In this document: positions 1 to 12,105 of the stretch, one piece after another
How the letters are laid out: the number at the start of each line of letters is the position of its first letter
How positions within the stretch are numbered: the first letter of the stretch is position 1
From: Oopsacas minuta
Taxonomy: Eukaryota > Animalia > Porifera
DNA length: 64,000 nucleotides
NCBI GenBank assembly: GCA_024704765.1
Contig: JAKMXF010000362.1
Span: 62,001 to 126,000, forward strand
Reading direction: 5' to 3'
Notes under the pieces: generated by a model
The model's input: only the letters and a program-made list of their open reading frames with translations
Told to the model about the DNA's origin: nothing
Database searches by the model: none
Translations under genes and position numbers: made by a program

Positions 1-578
1 CATCTCGAATAGAAGTGGATACAATTCGTACTTCGGTCTAATACTATAATACAATCAGGAGTAACCTTTACATCTCCAGTATAAAATAGCTCACCAGCAC
101 CGAAGCATTTCAGGAATTGGAGGGACTCTGAAAATATGCAGACTCTATTATTGAGACAATCAGCTACATACACATCACCGTTATAATCTACACAGACTCC
201 ATGTGGATTGGCTAGCTTTCCCTCTTCTTTTACTCTCAATAGCTTGTAATCGCTGAACCGATACAAATTGCTGGGAATTATGTCAGTAACGTAGATATAA
301 TATTTTGTTACTGCTATACCCCATGGATCACTAAGTATTCCTTGTCCAAAGTTAGTTATGAATATTCCCTCAAAATTTATCACCTGAATACGTCTGTTTC
401 CCCTATCAACTACATAAATGAACTCATTGAGTTCATCTATAGATATACCTCTAGCATCATATATTTCATTGATAGCTTTACCATGCTTACCGAAATGTAA
501 CATAGACTGCTCTTTGAGAGCGTATTTTAGTTCACATACTTTCATATTTGCACATTTACGAGGAACTCCTCCTTCCAT
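1..578 (-). CDS. NHL-repeat (beta-propeller) protein, partial; runs off the left edge of the window
   Basis: Hand translation from ATG 578 gives MEGGVPRKCANMKVCELK...ARGISIDELNEFIYVVDRGNRRIQV...DPWGIAVT...NPHGVCVDYNGDVYVADCLNNRVCIF, with no stop before base 1. It is absent from the ORF track because its stop lies outside the window. Near-identical inverted copy at 27565-28159. The true start may lie further upstream across a frameshift. Confidence 0.75.
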   Translation of the reverse strand, partial: MEGGVPRKCANMKVCELKYALKEQSMLHFGKHGKAINEIYDARGISIDELNEFIYVVDRGNRRIQVINFEGIFITNFGQGILSDPWGIAVTKYYIYVTDIIPSNLYRFSDYKLLRVKEEGKLANPHGVCVDYNGDVYVADCLNNRVCIFSESLQFLKCFGAGELFYTGDVKVTPDCIIVLDRSTNCIHFYSR

Positions 579-1059
579 AAGCAGATTAGTTTCTTATTTG
601 CACTGTTTAACCTGGTTGATAATACTTCGTCAATATGATATATTCTATTATATATTATTGTAACTTGACCTTGAGAATGCTAACGTACGCCTATGGTTGC
701 TATCGTAAATAACTCTTGATACAGATATTTCATGCATTATTAAATCTATTTTTAGCCCAACGATTGCTCCCGTGTCTTTTCGAATGTTGAACATATACAA
801 ATATAATTTAGAAAAATTAAAATTTATCGATTTCCCTGATTTCACAATATACGTATGAGTTCAAGAATCACAAAGAATAATATAGAACAAGCAACATGTT
901 GAATGGTGGGATACATATCACGATCCCCTCCATCTTATAGTATTGATAGTAACCTATCCTAATGTCAAAATTCTGACTCTTATGCAATTCATCATGTGAG
1001 TATTACGTCATCACGAATATACTATACATAGATGGCAAACTGGCGTCCAAAGGATTAAA

Positions 1060-1415
1060 GGAACCCGCTCCATTTATGAGGGACTGCACTCATATTTAAT
1101 TGCAAACAAATTACAAATTTCATCGTTATTCTGCATAAAATTCAGTTTTCTCGCTATTTAAAGTGGATGCTGGGACACTCTTGTATAATTAACAATTTAA
1201 CGAATGGCTTGAGGTTGCACATTTAACTGAATTTACAATGGTTAAATTCAATCCTGATTACTTAAATACGAATCTAATGTATATCTGAAATAATGAAAAG
1301 AAGCGCGATTGGAGTGCGGTCCATTTTTCCTGGGAGCAGGAGCCGGGGTCCACTCCTTTTCTTGAGTTAGGGGTGTAGGTACGTGGGACTCGGAGCGAGA
1401 GCGCGCTCCAAAATT
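1060..1415. repeat. Dispersed MITE-like repeat, copy 1
   Basis: Shares long colinear blocks with 43921-44292, for example tttaattgcaaacaa...ttattctgcataaaatt and tggttaaattcaatcctgattacttaaatac. Boundaries are approximate. Confidence 0.75.
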
Positions 1416-1571
1416 GAGGGCCGCTTTAAATGCTCTGCTGGCGTCTCACCAAGTCGTTTGGCAGTCACATTATTGTACTTTCGAAATAATGAGTTTGAAC
1501 GTGATTTAGAGTCTTGCAAGGAAACTTATTGGAAACACTCCAAAAGGTTGTCAAAATACTTATCTCGCATT

Positions 1572-2852
1572 ATGGATAGACAGTCACTGAATAGATCCAC
1601 ACAAACTATCGACCTACCAGAAGAGCTAATATTTGTCAAATATAAGTATAGAAGAGGTCCTTATCTGGTCAGTTATAGAGGGTATGAGTATTCGTTACTT
1701 CGTAAGGAACTTAATGTAAGAGAGAAGCGATTGTTATTGTGCTATATTTGTAAAGGAGTAATGTTTGAAGCTAGTATGAATAAAGAAAGTAGGTTTGTGT
1801 GTAGTTCGTGTGCAACTGATGGAGGTAGCGCTTCACCAGTAGAGCCAATTAGAGAGGCTATCTCTGAACTCAGTGCTCGTTGTCCATTAAATATTCGTGG
1901 TTGTGAGTGGGTAGGTACTATAGCTATATTGAAGACTCATATCGAGAAGTGTGATTATCTGTTTACAGAATGTCCTTTAGAATGTGGTAATTCAATGTTA
2001 CTTAAATTTATGTCAGAACACACTGAAAGTAGTTGTGAAGAAAGAATCATTTCTTGTGACTTATGTCCTATTTCAATCAAAGCAAAATGGCTCTCTCAGC
2101 ATTTAGGTGAATGTCCTAACTATTTAATAAATTGCAATAAATGTCAAGAGATATTACACAGGCATTATCTTCATCATCACAAATCTGCTTCATGTCAGTT
2201 TAGATTTGTTGAGTGTCCTTATGCTAAATATGGTTGTGCAGATAAATTATTATTTTGTGAACTCGACAAACATGTTCAAGATAATAAAGACCAACATCTC
2301 AGAATCTTAGAATCTTCTCATAAACAACTGGAACAGAATTACAGTAAAGAAATTACCCAATTAAATTTAAAATGTCAAAAAATGATAAGTTTCATGTATT
2401 CTGAACAAGTTCAGATTAGCTTTCCTTGCAATCTTACCGATATAAATCACCTGCGTGTACGACACAGTAACATATCTGCTCAAAATGTTAAGTTTGAATA
2501 CAACAACGAAATTTTACACCTCCACATTATCCGAAAACAAAACAGATTATATTTTGCTATACTCTTTCCCTCTATTCGTGAGGGCAGTGTTACGACACTC
2601 CTCATCAATCAAGATAACATAAACAAATCGGTTTTGTTTCAAAATGTGAAACTAGGCTACTGTTGGCTATTTAATGTATTAACAAAAGATTATTCTAATG
2701 TTGTCCCCAAAGAGGAACAAAAGGTTATACCTTTCTGCTCAGTTATAACAACTGGTTTGGAAACAAGCCTCTTGCAACCTCCTTATCTAAAAGGAGACAA
2801 TTTCAAGCTACGAATTGTTTTTTTCGATGTAATTGACTTTAGAAATCTTTGA
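1572..2852 (+). CDS. TRAF-like protein: degenerate RING, TRAF zinc fingers, coiled coil, diverged MATH-like C-terminus
   Basis: CxxC...CxxC (CYIC, CSSC), then CPLNIRGCEW-type and CPYAKYGC zinc fingers ending in H-x3/4-C, and a C-terminal PYLKGDNFKLRIV. First ATG is at 1572; the GTG extension from 1383 starts inside a repeat. Confidence 0.8.
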   Translation: MDRQSLNRSTQTIDLPEELIFVKYKYRRGPYLVSYRGYEYSLLRKELNVREKRLLLCYICKGVMFEASMNKESRFVCSSCATDGGSASPVEPIREAISELSARCPLNIRGCEWVGTIAILKTHIEKCDYLFTECPLECGNSMLLKFMSEHTESSCEERIISCDLCPISIKAKWLSQHLGECPNYLINCNKCQEILHRHYLHHHKSASCQFRFVECPYAKYGCADKLLFCELDKHVQDNKDQHLRILESSHKQLEQNYSKEITQLNLKCQKMISFMYSEQVQISFPCNLTDINHLRVRHSNISAQNVKFEYNNEILHLHIIRKQNRLYFAILFPSIREGSVTTLLINQDNINKSVLFQNVKLGYCWLFNVLTKDYSNVVPKEEQKVIPFCSVITTGLETSLLQPPYLKGDNFKLRIVFFDVIDFRNL

Positions 2853-3473
2853 TTATAAATTTGTACTCACCATTTTCCAATAGTCCACACTGTAGTCACT
2901 GTTATGTTACAAATTTGGAGTTTGTGAAATTTAATATAGATTTTGACAAAGGCGAGTTTTTTTCGTACATTATTATATAGACTTCACAAAATTCTGTTTT
3001 CATTTTTCTGAAGTAATCTTGTATTAATTGTCTGAATAAGAAGGGACCCTCAGAGGCCATTTTTGCCGATTTACGTACATTTGTGGTATTTGTTCAAAGA
3101 TATATTCCAAAATATACCTTGTATGTATACTCTTTCATGTCCATTTTTTGTGAAGGGCATTTTGTAACCCTGAGCTAAATGCTGGCTTGACCAGCATTTG
3201 GTTGTCTCATCCAGCGGACCAGCCATGTCACACTAAAACCAGAATTTCAAAAAAGTATAAATTCGTTATGGCTGATCAGCAGCAGCTTGGATTATTATCA
3301 TATCAGGAGACAATCTCAGCAAATATATAAGAGCTAAAAATTAGATAAACTTGACCAGCCCACTCGTTTTATGAATATATACAAGATGCTCTGCCCATTT
3401 TCACCAATTTATGCAAAGGTGTATACGACCTGTCGTACTTTGTAATTAATCTCATTAAATAAACACATTAGCT

Positions 3474-6400
3474 ATGTCTACCTCAGCAAAGCTTCACTCA
3501 GGAGCTGAGATGCCTCTAGTAGGACTAGGAACATGGAAGTCACAACCTGGTCAAGTAACAAATGCTGTTAGGATTGCTATTGATGCTGGGTACAGACATA
3601 TTGATGGTGCTGCTGCTTACGAGAACGAGAAAGAGGTAAGTACTTACTAATAGCTGAATAAGTGCCAGTTATGTAGGTATTTTATTTCTTGCTAGTTTAT
3701 TCTTATATTGATTCTAAGTCCACAAATAACAGTCCTCGTTTTTTAAGCTAAGAAATTGCTATCTGTACTTTCTTTGGGTCCTTATGACTATATTGTTGGA
3801 GAATTATTTTTCCAAATAAGGTAGTATATGAATATTTTCATTTAATACTCGTACGTTCGTAATTTTGAACAAATTTTGATTTCCCGGGGGGGTTCGAGTT
3901 TCCTGATGTTAACTGTATTATTATTATTGCATGTTTGTTGTAGGTGGGAATAGCTCTGAAGGAAAAGATAGGTACAGTGTGTGAAAGAAAGGATCTGTTC
4001 ATAACATCAAAGTTATGGAACACTAAGCATAGTCCAGAAGATGTACTCCCCGCCATCAAGCGTACCCTCTCAGATCTACAGCTGGATTATTTAGATCTAT
4101 ACCTTATACATTGGCCTACTGGGTTTGCTAAGAGTGAGATGCTAATGCCAAAGAAGGAAGACGGATCGATTATCTATTCAGACATACACTACGTGGAAAC
4201 ATGGAAGGCTATGGAAGAGTGTGTTAATCAGGGATTAGCTAAACACATAGGGATATCTAACTTCAATGCAAAGCAAGTAGAGGAGGTGAGTTACATATTT
4301 CATTATATTTTATTCAATTGTATAGTGAATATATATCTAGTTGCTTTCAAGAGTACATATCCTAATCCGGATACGGGGTACCTATATTTCGTTCCTTACA
4401 TATATGTTGAATCAATTATTTTAGAGACGCTACTCTAGTTGTTGGAGTAGGGATTACCTAAGATTAGTGGTATACCGTGTGAGTAAATTCGGAATTCCGC
4501 TCTGAGTCTTGCCTCCAGGATGCTTAGAGAAAATTAGCTTTATAATTCTCCAAATATCCCTGATTTTACTTTCTGAGTTACTCAAAATATTTCAGGCCCG
4601 CGCTGGCAGCACGTCTCATGCCCTGTTATACAGAAAATCTAAAAATTAATATGCGGGGCCGGAAAAAGCGAGGGGGCGCTTATTCGGACCCCTAGAGTAG
4701 ATAGAAACTTGAGTTACATTACACTCTTAGCATATTATCGATATACAGCTGTATCCCCTCAATAATATTACTCCAGTATTGATGTATTCTATCTATACTG
4801 GAGTATGTAACTTTATCTGTAACAATATACTATGATGTACTATTTAATAGGATCAGTACAGTACTGTATTAGTAATGGCTTGCTTAGGAAATTGTTCATC
4901 TCAGGTATTTAACCCTCTCCAACTCCTGTACGAGGATACTGTAGCTCTTATAGACTCTACCACCAGTTCTCTAACTCTATCTTTGTATACTTCTAAGATA
5001 ACATTAACTAATAAGAGAACTCAGTCAATAACAGAGACAATATATCTTGATGACGTAGTTGGTGTTAAGCTAGATCATACTACAGCTGTTAATAACAGTT
5101 ATATAATTATCATAATATCCTACCCCGTAGTGTCTGGTATTAGACTACCTGGACAGCCTCATCGAAGTAGGAATGAGTGCCGTATACGGTGTGATAAGGA
5201 GACAGGTGACCAGTGGAGATATCGTATACTATCTGCTCTACAGAGCTATTTACTGGGTACATATGAGTATTATGACTGTACTAATCCCTGTGATGAATTA
5301 TTCTTAGATAAGCGTACTCTGTTAGTAATTATAAACCCAGTTGCTGATAGAGGTACTGCTCCTCGTGTGTATCGTGATGAAGTAGCGCCTATACTCAGTG
5401 ATGCTGGTATCAATACTCTGTGTGTACAGACACGATACCAAGGACACGCTAGAGAACTGATACGATCATATAATCTATCCAAAATACATGGTATATTGTG
5501 CGTGGGAGGAGACGGTACAGTGCATGAGGTTATGAATGGACTCATGAAGCGTACAGACTGGGAGATAGCTACACGTATGCCTGTATGTCCTATACCCTGT
5601 GGAGCAGGTAACGCACTATGTAAGACAGTGCTAGAGGAGTCCAATGAACCATTCAGTGTTATAGGCGCCACATTGCTAGCTGTGCATGGAGCTTATATTC
5701 CAATGGATCTAGCAACGGGTCAGTTCACTAACTACACTGTATACTTCTTCTTGAGTTTCTCATGGGGGATTATAGCTGATACAGATATAGAGTCTGAGAG
5801 ATGGAAGAGTTTAGGGAATTCTAGATTCAAACTAGCTGCTGTTAAGTGTATAGTTGTTAATAAGGTGTATGAAGGACGGATACATTATCTAGAATTGTCT
5901 GCGGAGTACAAGGTTCTCAGGGAGAGGGAGTCTATACCTTTAAGTTCATCTTTATTCACGGGTTCAATTGATAGGAGTATCATACAGCCCTCTAATGGTC
6001 CCTTATTCCCGCAGAACACTATTGCCCCTCCTCTCCCACCGTATCAGACAGAGCACTGTCCTCTTAACCCCTCCACCATGATGCTACCTCCTCTAGACAG
6101 GAGGATTGACTCCCTGGGGTGGAGATCTACAGAAGGAAGTTTTGTAGTACTCACTACCATGTTACTGCCTTACCTCACTAAGAATATACTGTTTTCCCCC
6201 GCTCAAAGAATAGGATTCGGATCTTTCCAGCTATGTACACTCCAAGACAGGAGATCCCGCCTACAGCTGATCCGTGGATTGTCTGCTATTGACAATGGTA
6301 GACACCAGGAGGATATGAAGCTTACTCGTGTGGAAGCATTCAGACTAGATCCAGCTGTAAGAGAGGGGATATACTCTATAGACGGAGAGAGATTCTCTGT

Positions 6401-7272
6401 AGAACCATTCCAGGCTCAGGTGTTGAAACAGGTTGCTAGAGTCATGTGCCGTAGGAATAAGAGTAGAGCTACACAAGCACAGATATGCAACTCTAACTGA
6501 TTCTTAGTGATTTATACTTAATCATTGACGTAGTAGTAATATTTGCACTTCTCAAAATTAATTTTAATTATGAATGCTTAATAACTCCCGCTATATCGAA
6601 CCTAAGGAACTCGCTAATTTCTAAGTAACTTAGATATAAACGGAATTCTACAATTTATTTATTGTCAGTATTGGCAATAATACTACAGTTTTAGACTTCG
6701 ATATATAAGCGGGTATTTCCAGATATCCGTGTTCGATTACCGATATGACAGGAGTTGACTGCTGTATTATTTGCTTATTGATTTAATTATTTACCGTATC
6801 ACCAATTCAGGTGTACAACAATGCTAAGATAAAGCCTGCGGTGAATCAGATAGAACTCCATCCGTACCTGACACAGCCAGAACTCATCAAGTTCTGTCAG
6901 GAGAGGGATATTATCGTAACAGCATATAGTCCCCTTGGGTCTCCAGACAGACCCTGGGCTAAGACGGGAGATCCTAGTCTGCTGGAGGAGCCGAAGGTGA
7001 AAGAAATAGCAGAGAAGCTCGGCAAGACTCCTGCTCAAGTGCTGATCAGATTCCATATCGAGAAGAAATGTGTTGTACTCCCAAAGAGTGTCACTAAAGA
7101 GAGAATAATAAGTAATTTCGATGTGTTTAGTTTCCAGCTGTCTCCCGATCAAATGCAGGTTCTAGAGGGCCTCAACAGGAAATGGAGAGCTTGTCTGCCT
7201 ACTGTAGTGGTAGATGGTAAGGAGGTACCCCGTGATAGAGAACATCCATTCTATCCATTCGTACCTTATTAA
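3474..7272 (+). CDS. Aldo-keto reductase (AKR1-like), 3 exons: 3474-3635, 3944-4285, 6811-7272; 321 aa
   Basis: Motifs [80 protein letters not shown]. Both introns are phase 0, with GTAAGT...TAG and GTGAGT...CAG boundaries. Confidence 0.92.
4875..6500 (+). CDS. SPHK: Sphingosine kinase-like protein (N-terminal PH-like region plus DAGK-type catalytic domain), nested in AKR intron 2
   Basis: 541-aa uninterrupted ORF with [48 protein letters not shown]-x4-LGNSRF, EAFRL and IDGE. Confidence 0.85.
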   Translation: MACLGNCSSQVFNPLQLLYEDTVALIDSTTSSLTLSLYTSKITLTNKRTQSITETIYLDDVVGVKLDHTTAVNNSYIIIIISYPVVSGIRLPGQPHRSRNECRIRCDKETGDQWRYRILSALQSYLLGTYEYYDCTNPCDELFLDKRTLLVIINPVADRGTAPRVYRDEVAPILSDAGINTLCVQTRYQGHARELIRSYNLSKIHGILCVGGDGTVHEVMNGLMKRTDWEIATRMPVCPIPCGAGNALCKTVLEESNEPFSVIGATLLAVHGAYIPMDLATGQFTNYTVYFFLSFSWGIIADTDIESERWKSLGNSRFKLAAVKCIVVNKVYEGRIHYLELSAEYKVLRERESIPLSSSLFTGSIDRSIIQPSNGPLFPQNTIAPPLPPYQTEHCPLNPSTMMLPPLDRRIDSLGWRSTEGSFVVLTTMLLPYLTKNILFSPAQRIGFGSFQLCTLQDRRSRLQLIRGLSAIDNGRHQEDMKLTRVEAFRLDPAVREGIYSIDGERFSVEPFQAQVLKQVARVMCRRNKSRATQAQICNSN

Positions 7273-8381
7273 CGATAGATTTCTAGTGATTTATTCTGAT
7301 TAGAATTCAGTTACTTTTAGTTATTTTTAGATTTCTATTCACTTAGTTTAACTTTATATTCTAAATTTAGTTTCTTGTATTATTCCTTTATTATGATTTT
7401 CTTATATTTCTAATGGGTATTGATGAAGAACTCGACCAGTGGCGGATCCAAGAGGGGATGGGGAGATTTATCGGCTGTACCATGGGCTATTCTACCTACC
7501 GTTTTGTCTCCGAGAATGCCAGTTTTAACATTCTCATTTGGGGAGAACTAAACCTCTTATTCATTGCGATTTGACTTTCTTGGGTTTCCTGTATGAAGAA
7601 CCAGCATCTACCGACACCACTATAATCCGACTATGTTTCTGATCTGAAATAGCTTCCGACGATACAAATTCGCCTGCCATAATTCGATAATTTGCTAAAC
7701 AGACAAAGTTTTCATGTCTCAACTGGTGTTGGACCATCTTTCATTTTATTTAGGCGTAATTTAAACTATAGGAAAGTCCAATATGCAATGAATAAGGAAG
7801 CTCAGTTTTTCAATTTATATGTGCTGTTTTACATAAGTAACACATACGTACAGACACAGTAAATCCTCGCTAAACCAAACATCCCAGTACTTATGTCGTT
7901 CAGATTGGTGAATAGTAGAGAATCAATACTATAGGATCTAGGTGTATATATTTTCGAATCTTATCAAGGCAATTATGAAAAGGTTGCCAATATGTTTTAT
8001 ATGAAATTATAATAATCCTCAGAAGAATTTGAATACGAACGTTTAAAACCAAGGATAGTATCAGCTATCTGCCTTGATGGGATTTACGAGGGGTTTATTT
8101 GACATATACTCTACACTTCAGCTACTGTTTTCAATAAATGTATTACATGTATTACAACATACACAATAATAATATAATCAATTCTTATTACACATAAACT
8201 GATCCTAAGTACATGAAGTGTATGATCCTTTATGATAATTAATAAATTGGTAATCTACCTAGAAATAATAGCATCAGAATTATCCGGTCTAATTCTTAAT
8301 AGCCATAACAAGCTATGTAATGAGTATTAATAAGATACATAAATATGTGTCAGTATAGGTTGTTATTAGTTGTACTGAGCA

Positions 8382-9896
8382 ATGCCTAAGTTCAGTGTGA
8401 CCGTGAAATGGGGTAAGACCCGGTTCACAGATCTTGAGCTGAACACAGACGAGAGTCCTCAGGTGTTTAAAGCTCAATTGTTCGCTCTGACGAGTGTACC
8501 CCCTGAAAGACAACGTGTCCTCTACAAAGCCATGACCCTATCAGAGACAGAATGGTCCGCATTCTCCCCTCACCTCAGAGACGGTATCACACTGATGCTC
8601 CTAGGGACAGCAGCTGAGATACCAAAGAGACCAGAAGCGACTCCAGAAATGGCAGAAGCTATGGAACTAGAGCAGAGTGGTTCAATGGCGATACCTCGTG
8701 GTATTGTCAACTTAGGCAATACCTGCTATATGAACGCTACTGTACAGTGTCTTCGGACTATTCCTGAGCTCAAAGAGGCACTCAGAAACTTCTCTCCACC
8801 CACAGACCCCTCTCTAGCTCCACACGATCCTACCGCACAGTCTCTTACCGTATCATTACGTAACCTATTCTCATTCCTCGATAAGACAGGAGACCCGTTA
8901 CAGCCTCTTCTGTTCCTACAGTCTCTACATGCTGTGGTGCCTACATTCGCACAGAAGGGTCCAAGAGGAGGTCTGCAACAACAGGACGCTCAGGAGTGCT
9001 GGATAGAGATATTGAGAGTTATAGGAGGATTCCTTCCTTCTAACAAACCAGCTATAGACTCCAATCCTCTGGGCAGGAGAGAGGGAGCTACTGCTACAGA
9101 TTGTCAGAGTAATATGATAGAGCAGTACTTCTCAGGACTACTGAAGTGTAGTTACACCTGTAAGGAAGCTGATGAGCCTGTCACCAGCTCCGTAGAGAAG
9201 TTCATGTCTCTACAGTGTTACATAGAGCATGACGTCAGATACATAGAATCTGGTATAAGGTTTGGTTTGAAGGGTGAGGTAGACAAGCCTAGTGCTAGTC
9301 TAGGTAGGAACTGTGTGTATACACGTAGCTCTCTAGTGGGTAGGTTGCCTGGGTATCTGACCGTGCAGGTTATGAGGTTTGATTTCGGTAAGTACACTTC
9401 TGCGGTCGCAGGAGATGAGATGGTGTCACGGAAAATACTCAAAGATATAAAGTTTACTTTCAATTTGGATATGTTCCCTTTCTGCACCCCAGAGCTACAA
9501 GCTAGACTAGCCCCTATGCGGGGGAGATTCAAACAGCTGGAGGACTCTAGAGATGAGAAGAAGGCCGGAGAGATTGAGACCGAGAAGGGAGCGGAGGTAC
9601 CAGAGCTCCCTCTACCTCCTGAGGACCCAGGTTCCAATAACTCAGGGTACTACGAGCTGATAGCAGTCCTTACACACCAGGGACGATCTATTAACTCAGG
9701 ACACTACGTAGCCTGGGTGAGACAGGAGGAGGAGGACTGGATCAAGTTAGATGACGACAAAATTGATCAAGTAGATCCTGCTACCGTTCTCAAACTGAGC
9801 GGGGGAGGAGATAATCACATAGCATACCTGCTATTATACGGGTCACGTAGTTACGAGCTAGCTGCTGCAGCTCCTAGGAAAAAGAAGAAGAAATGA
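8382..9896 (+). CDS. USP14: Ubiquitin carboxyl-terminal hydrolase 14 (USP14/Ubp6)
   Basis: N-terminal UBL domain (V-x-VKWGK...FKAQLFALTSVPPERQ), Cys box NLGNTCYMNATVQCL, QQQDAQE, His box HQGRSINSGHYVAW, WIKLDDDK, LSGGGDNHIAYLLLY. Intronless. Confidence 0.93.
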   Translation: MPKFSVTVKWGKTRFTDLELNTDESPQVFKAQLFALTSVPPERQRVLYKAMTLSETEWSAFSPHLRDGITLMLLGTAAEIPKRPEATPEMAEAMELEQSGSMAIPRGIVNLGNTCYMNATVQCLRTIPELKEALRNFSPPTDPSLAPHDPTAQSLTVSLRNLFSFLDKTGDPLQPLLFLQSLHAVVPTFAQKGPRGGLQQQDAQECWIEILRVIGGFLPSNKPAIDSNPLGRREGATATDCQSNMIEQYFSGLLKCSYTCKEADEPVTSSVEKFMSLQCYIEHDVRYIESGIRFGLKGEVDKPSASLGRNCVYTRSSLVGRLPGYLTVQVMRFDFGKYTSAVAGDEMVSRKILKDIKFTFNLDMFPFCTPELQARLAPMRGRFKQLEDSRDEKKAGEIETEKGAEVPELPLPPEDPGSNNSGYYELIAVLTHQGRSINSGHYVAWVRQEEEDWIKLDDDKIDQVDPATVLKLSGGGDNHIAYLLLYGSRSYELAAAAPRKKKKK

Positions 9897-10099
9897 GCTA
9901 TAGAGAAGAGAGTAGGTATGTACGTGTATGTATTTATTCATTAGTGCAAATTGTTGATACTTAGCAACTAAGGTAAATACAGATTTTAATGCATATACAA
10001 TATAGTAGGAAATACATACACTAAACTATAAATGACAGTTCATTACTCGTTTTATTTATGTAAGGAACTGCTAGAGCAGAGAATCCAGTACAGCAGATA

Positions 10100-10250
10100 C
10101 AGCAACTTCCGTTATATCGAACACATATATTGCAGTCTGAATTAATAAATATGGTCCCAATTTCCAGACCGAAAAGTAGCATACATTATCCCGGTTATAT
10201 CGGAGCAATTATCGCGGTCCCTTGAGCTTCGATTTAACTGGAGTTTACTG
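10100..10250. mobile_element. Degenerate Tigger/pogo-type MITE
   Basis: Left end TA|CAGCAACTTCCGTTATATCGAA; right end TTCGATTTAACTGGAGTTTACTG. The TIRs are imperfect and the right TA is lost. Confidence 0.5.
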
Positions 10251-10749
10251 TGCGTTATTTCAGTACCGTTTTCTGATCGCTCGGAACTCTAACCTAAGAA
10301 TTCAATATTTAGGTGTTGTATTAAGCAGTGTTGCCAAATGATCTGTTCAACTGCCTCAGTATATCCATGAGAACTTCATGGCGAAATCCAGGCTTGTGTA
10401 ATGTAAATATTTTGCTAATTTTAAATGTTTATATCATTTTATTTTCATAAAATTCAAATTTCTTGGCATGTTATTTAATAATTTATTCATGAATTAAAGA
10501 GAACTTAAACTAAGGTATCCCTGGTAGGACACTTAGAATGGATATAGCTTTAGTTAGATATATTTGTATTACAGTAATTATTCAATAACGGATGGGACAC
10601 GAAACACTTAAGATACACTTTTATAACGAGACTAGTCCGAATTATAAATCTTCTGTCATTACGTATACTACTCCTGAATATTAATTCGTAGCATAAAATA
10701 GCTGAAACACGAATACAGTGTAATCTCTGAATACTGAAATTATTTGGAG

Positions 10750-11599
10750 AAGTGGCGGATCTCTCTTAAATTCTTGAGGGGGAAAGTTTGTTAGGTTCTC
10801 CTTGTTTATTGTATTCATTTCTCTAATATTTGTTTCAGCTCCACCACCCGCATACTAATAGAATTTCTTATTGATTTAGGGTAGTGCTAGATAGGTTTAG
10901 ATATTTGAGGTTCTAAGTATGTCACTAAATTCAAACTTGACTAAGTATATTCAATATAACATTTTAGGGAGATTTCAAAAGGGTAAATAGGTTTCTCTGG
11001 GAATATGGCAGATGTGTAAAGTAAACGCATTGTCAGTGCGGCAATAATGATTAAGATGTAGTTTAATATCTTTGACCCCGACTTTGGGTTGCCTCAATTC
11101 TGCATTTTAGGGGTGATAACCCATACCCAAATAATACATTCCACATAGCCAAGAGGCCTAAAATACCTATATGAAGACAATCTCCATTCTGGGTAGTTTC
11201 TATTTCAAATCTGAATTTAGACTATGGCTATTATTTCGAATTTAATTAGCGGTAGTTACCATAGTCCATAGTTACTGGAAAATATGTATAGCTGACAAAG
11301 GGAAAGTGTTACCAAATGCAGAGGATTCTAGCTACCCACTCGAAATTTCGGTATAATGTTATATAACTTATATTGAGTTATATATTTCTCTCCAAGGTTG
11401 AAGTTGGTGACATACCTAGAACATGTCGAACGACAAGGTTTACCTAGAACCATCTTATATGTTTTTGATGAATGTTTCATCCATTATAAATATAATTGGA
11501 TTAGCACTCATTTTATCTAAAAATTTTATTCATGATGGAGGAAATATTATTTGGGGGGTGGCAATTACCCCTGCCTCCCCTCCGCGATATCCGCCACTT
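10750..11599. mobile_element. Non-autonomous hAT-like element, 850 bp
   Basis: 11-bp TIR AAGTGGCGGAT / ATCCGCCACTT, flanked by ATTTGGAG and ATTTGGAA (8-bp TSD, 7 of 8 match). Confidence 0.7.
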
Positions 11600-12105
11600 A
11601 TTTGGAAGTATAGTTGCATGTTGTCGACTTCTTTGTTGCTTACTTAACATGTGTATATGGTGAATTACAACATCCATGACAGGATGCTTGTCCGTTCTAC
11701 AGGGGGGTTTGGCTAACCGAATTAAGGAGGCGGTTAAAACCTTTTCGATAATAGCCGGTTAACCGCTGCAATTATTCTTAATACTATCAATGATGTTTTG
11801 TGATTAATAGAAATATCAATACATAGCTATTATATATGCAATCGTTATGCGATGTTATCTTTCTAAACTATTGAATATTCGAGAAGACCTAATATGTAAC
11901 ATCTCATAAATACCGAACTAGCAGAATTTGTGTATTTATAATTTCGTGTCTCTCAAATCCGTAGGTATATATTTCCTTAAATTCGTCTACCGCCCCGCAC
12001 ATACGTCTGGATAATACCCTGGATAACCTACCACATATACCTGTATCATGACTTGTTAAGTTCTAATTTGTAACTTTCATATTTACTATTGTCTATTTCA
12101 GAATT

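Noticed and set aside
1383-1571. 63-codon GTG-initiated N-terminal extension of the TRAF-like ORF
   Set aside because: It begins inside a dispersed repeat, and eukaryotic initiation at ATG 1572 fits the family N-terminus better.
4286-4438. C-terminal tail of ORF 3944-4438
   Set aside because: It is read-through into intron 2 past the GTGAGT donor; AKR homology resumes at 6811.
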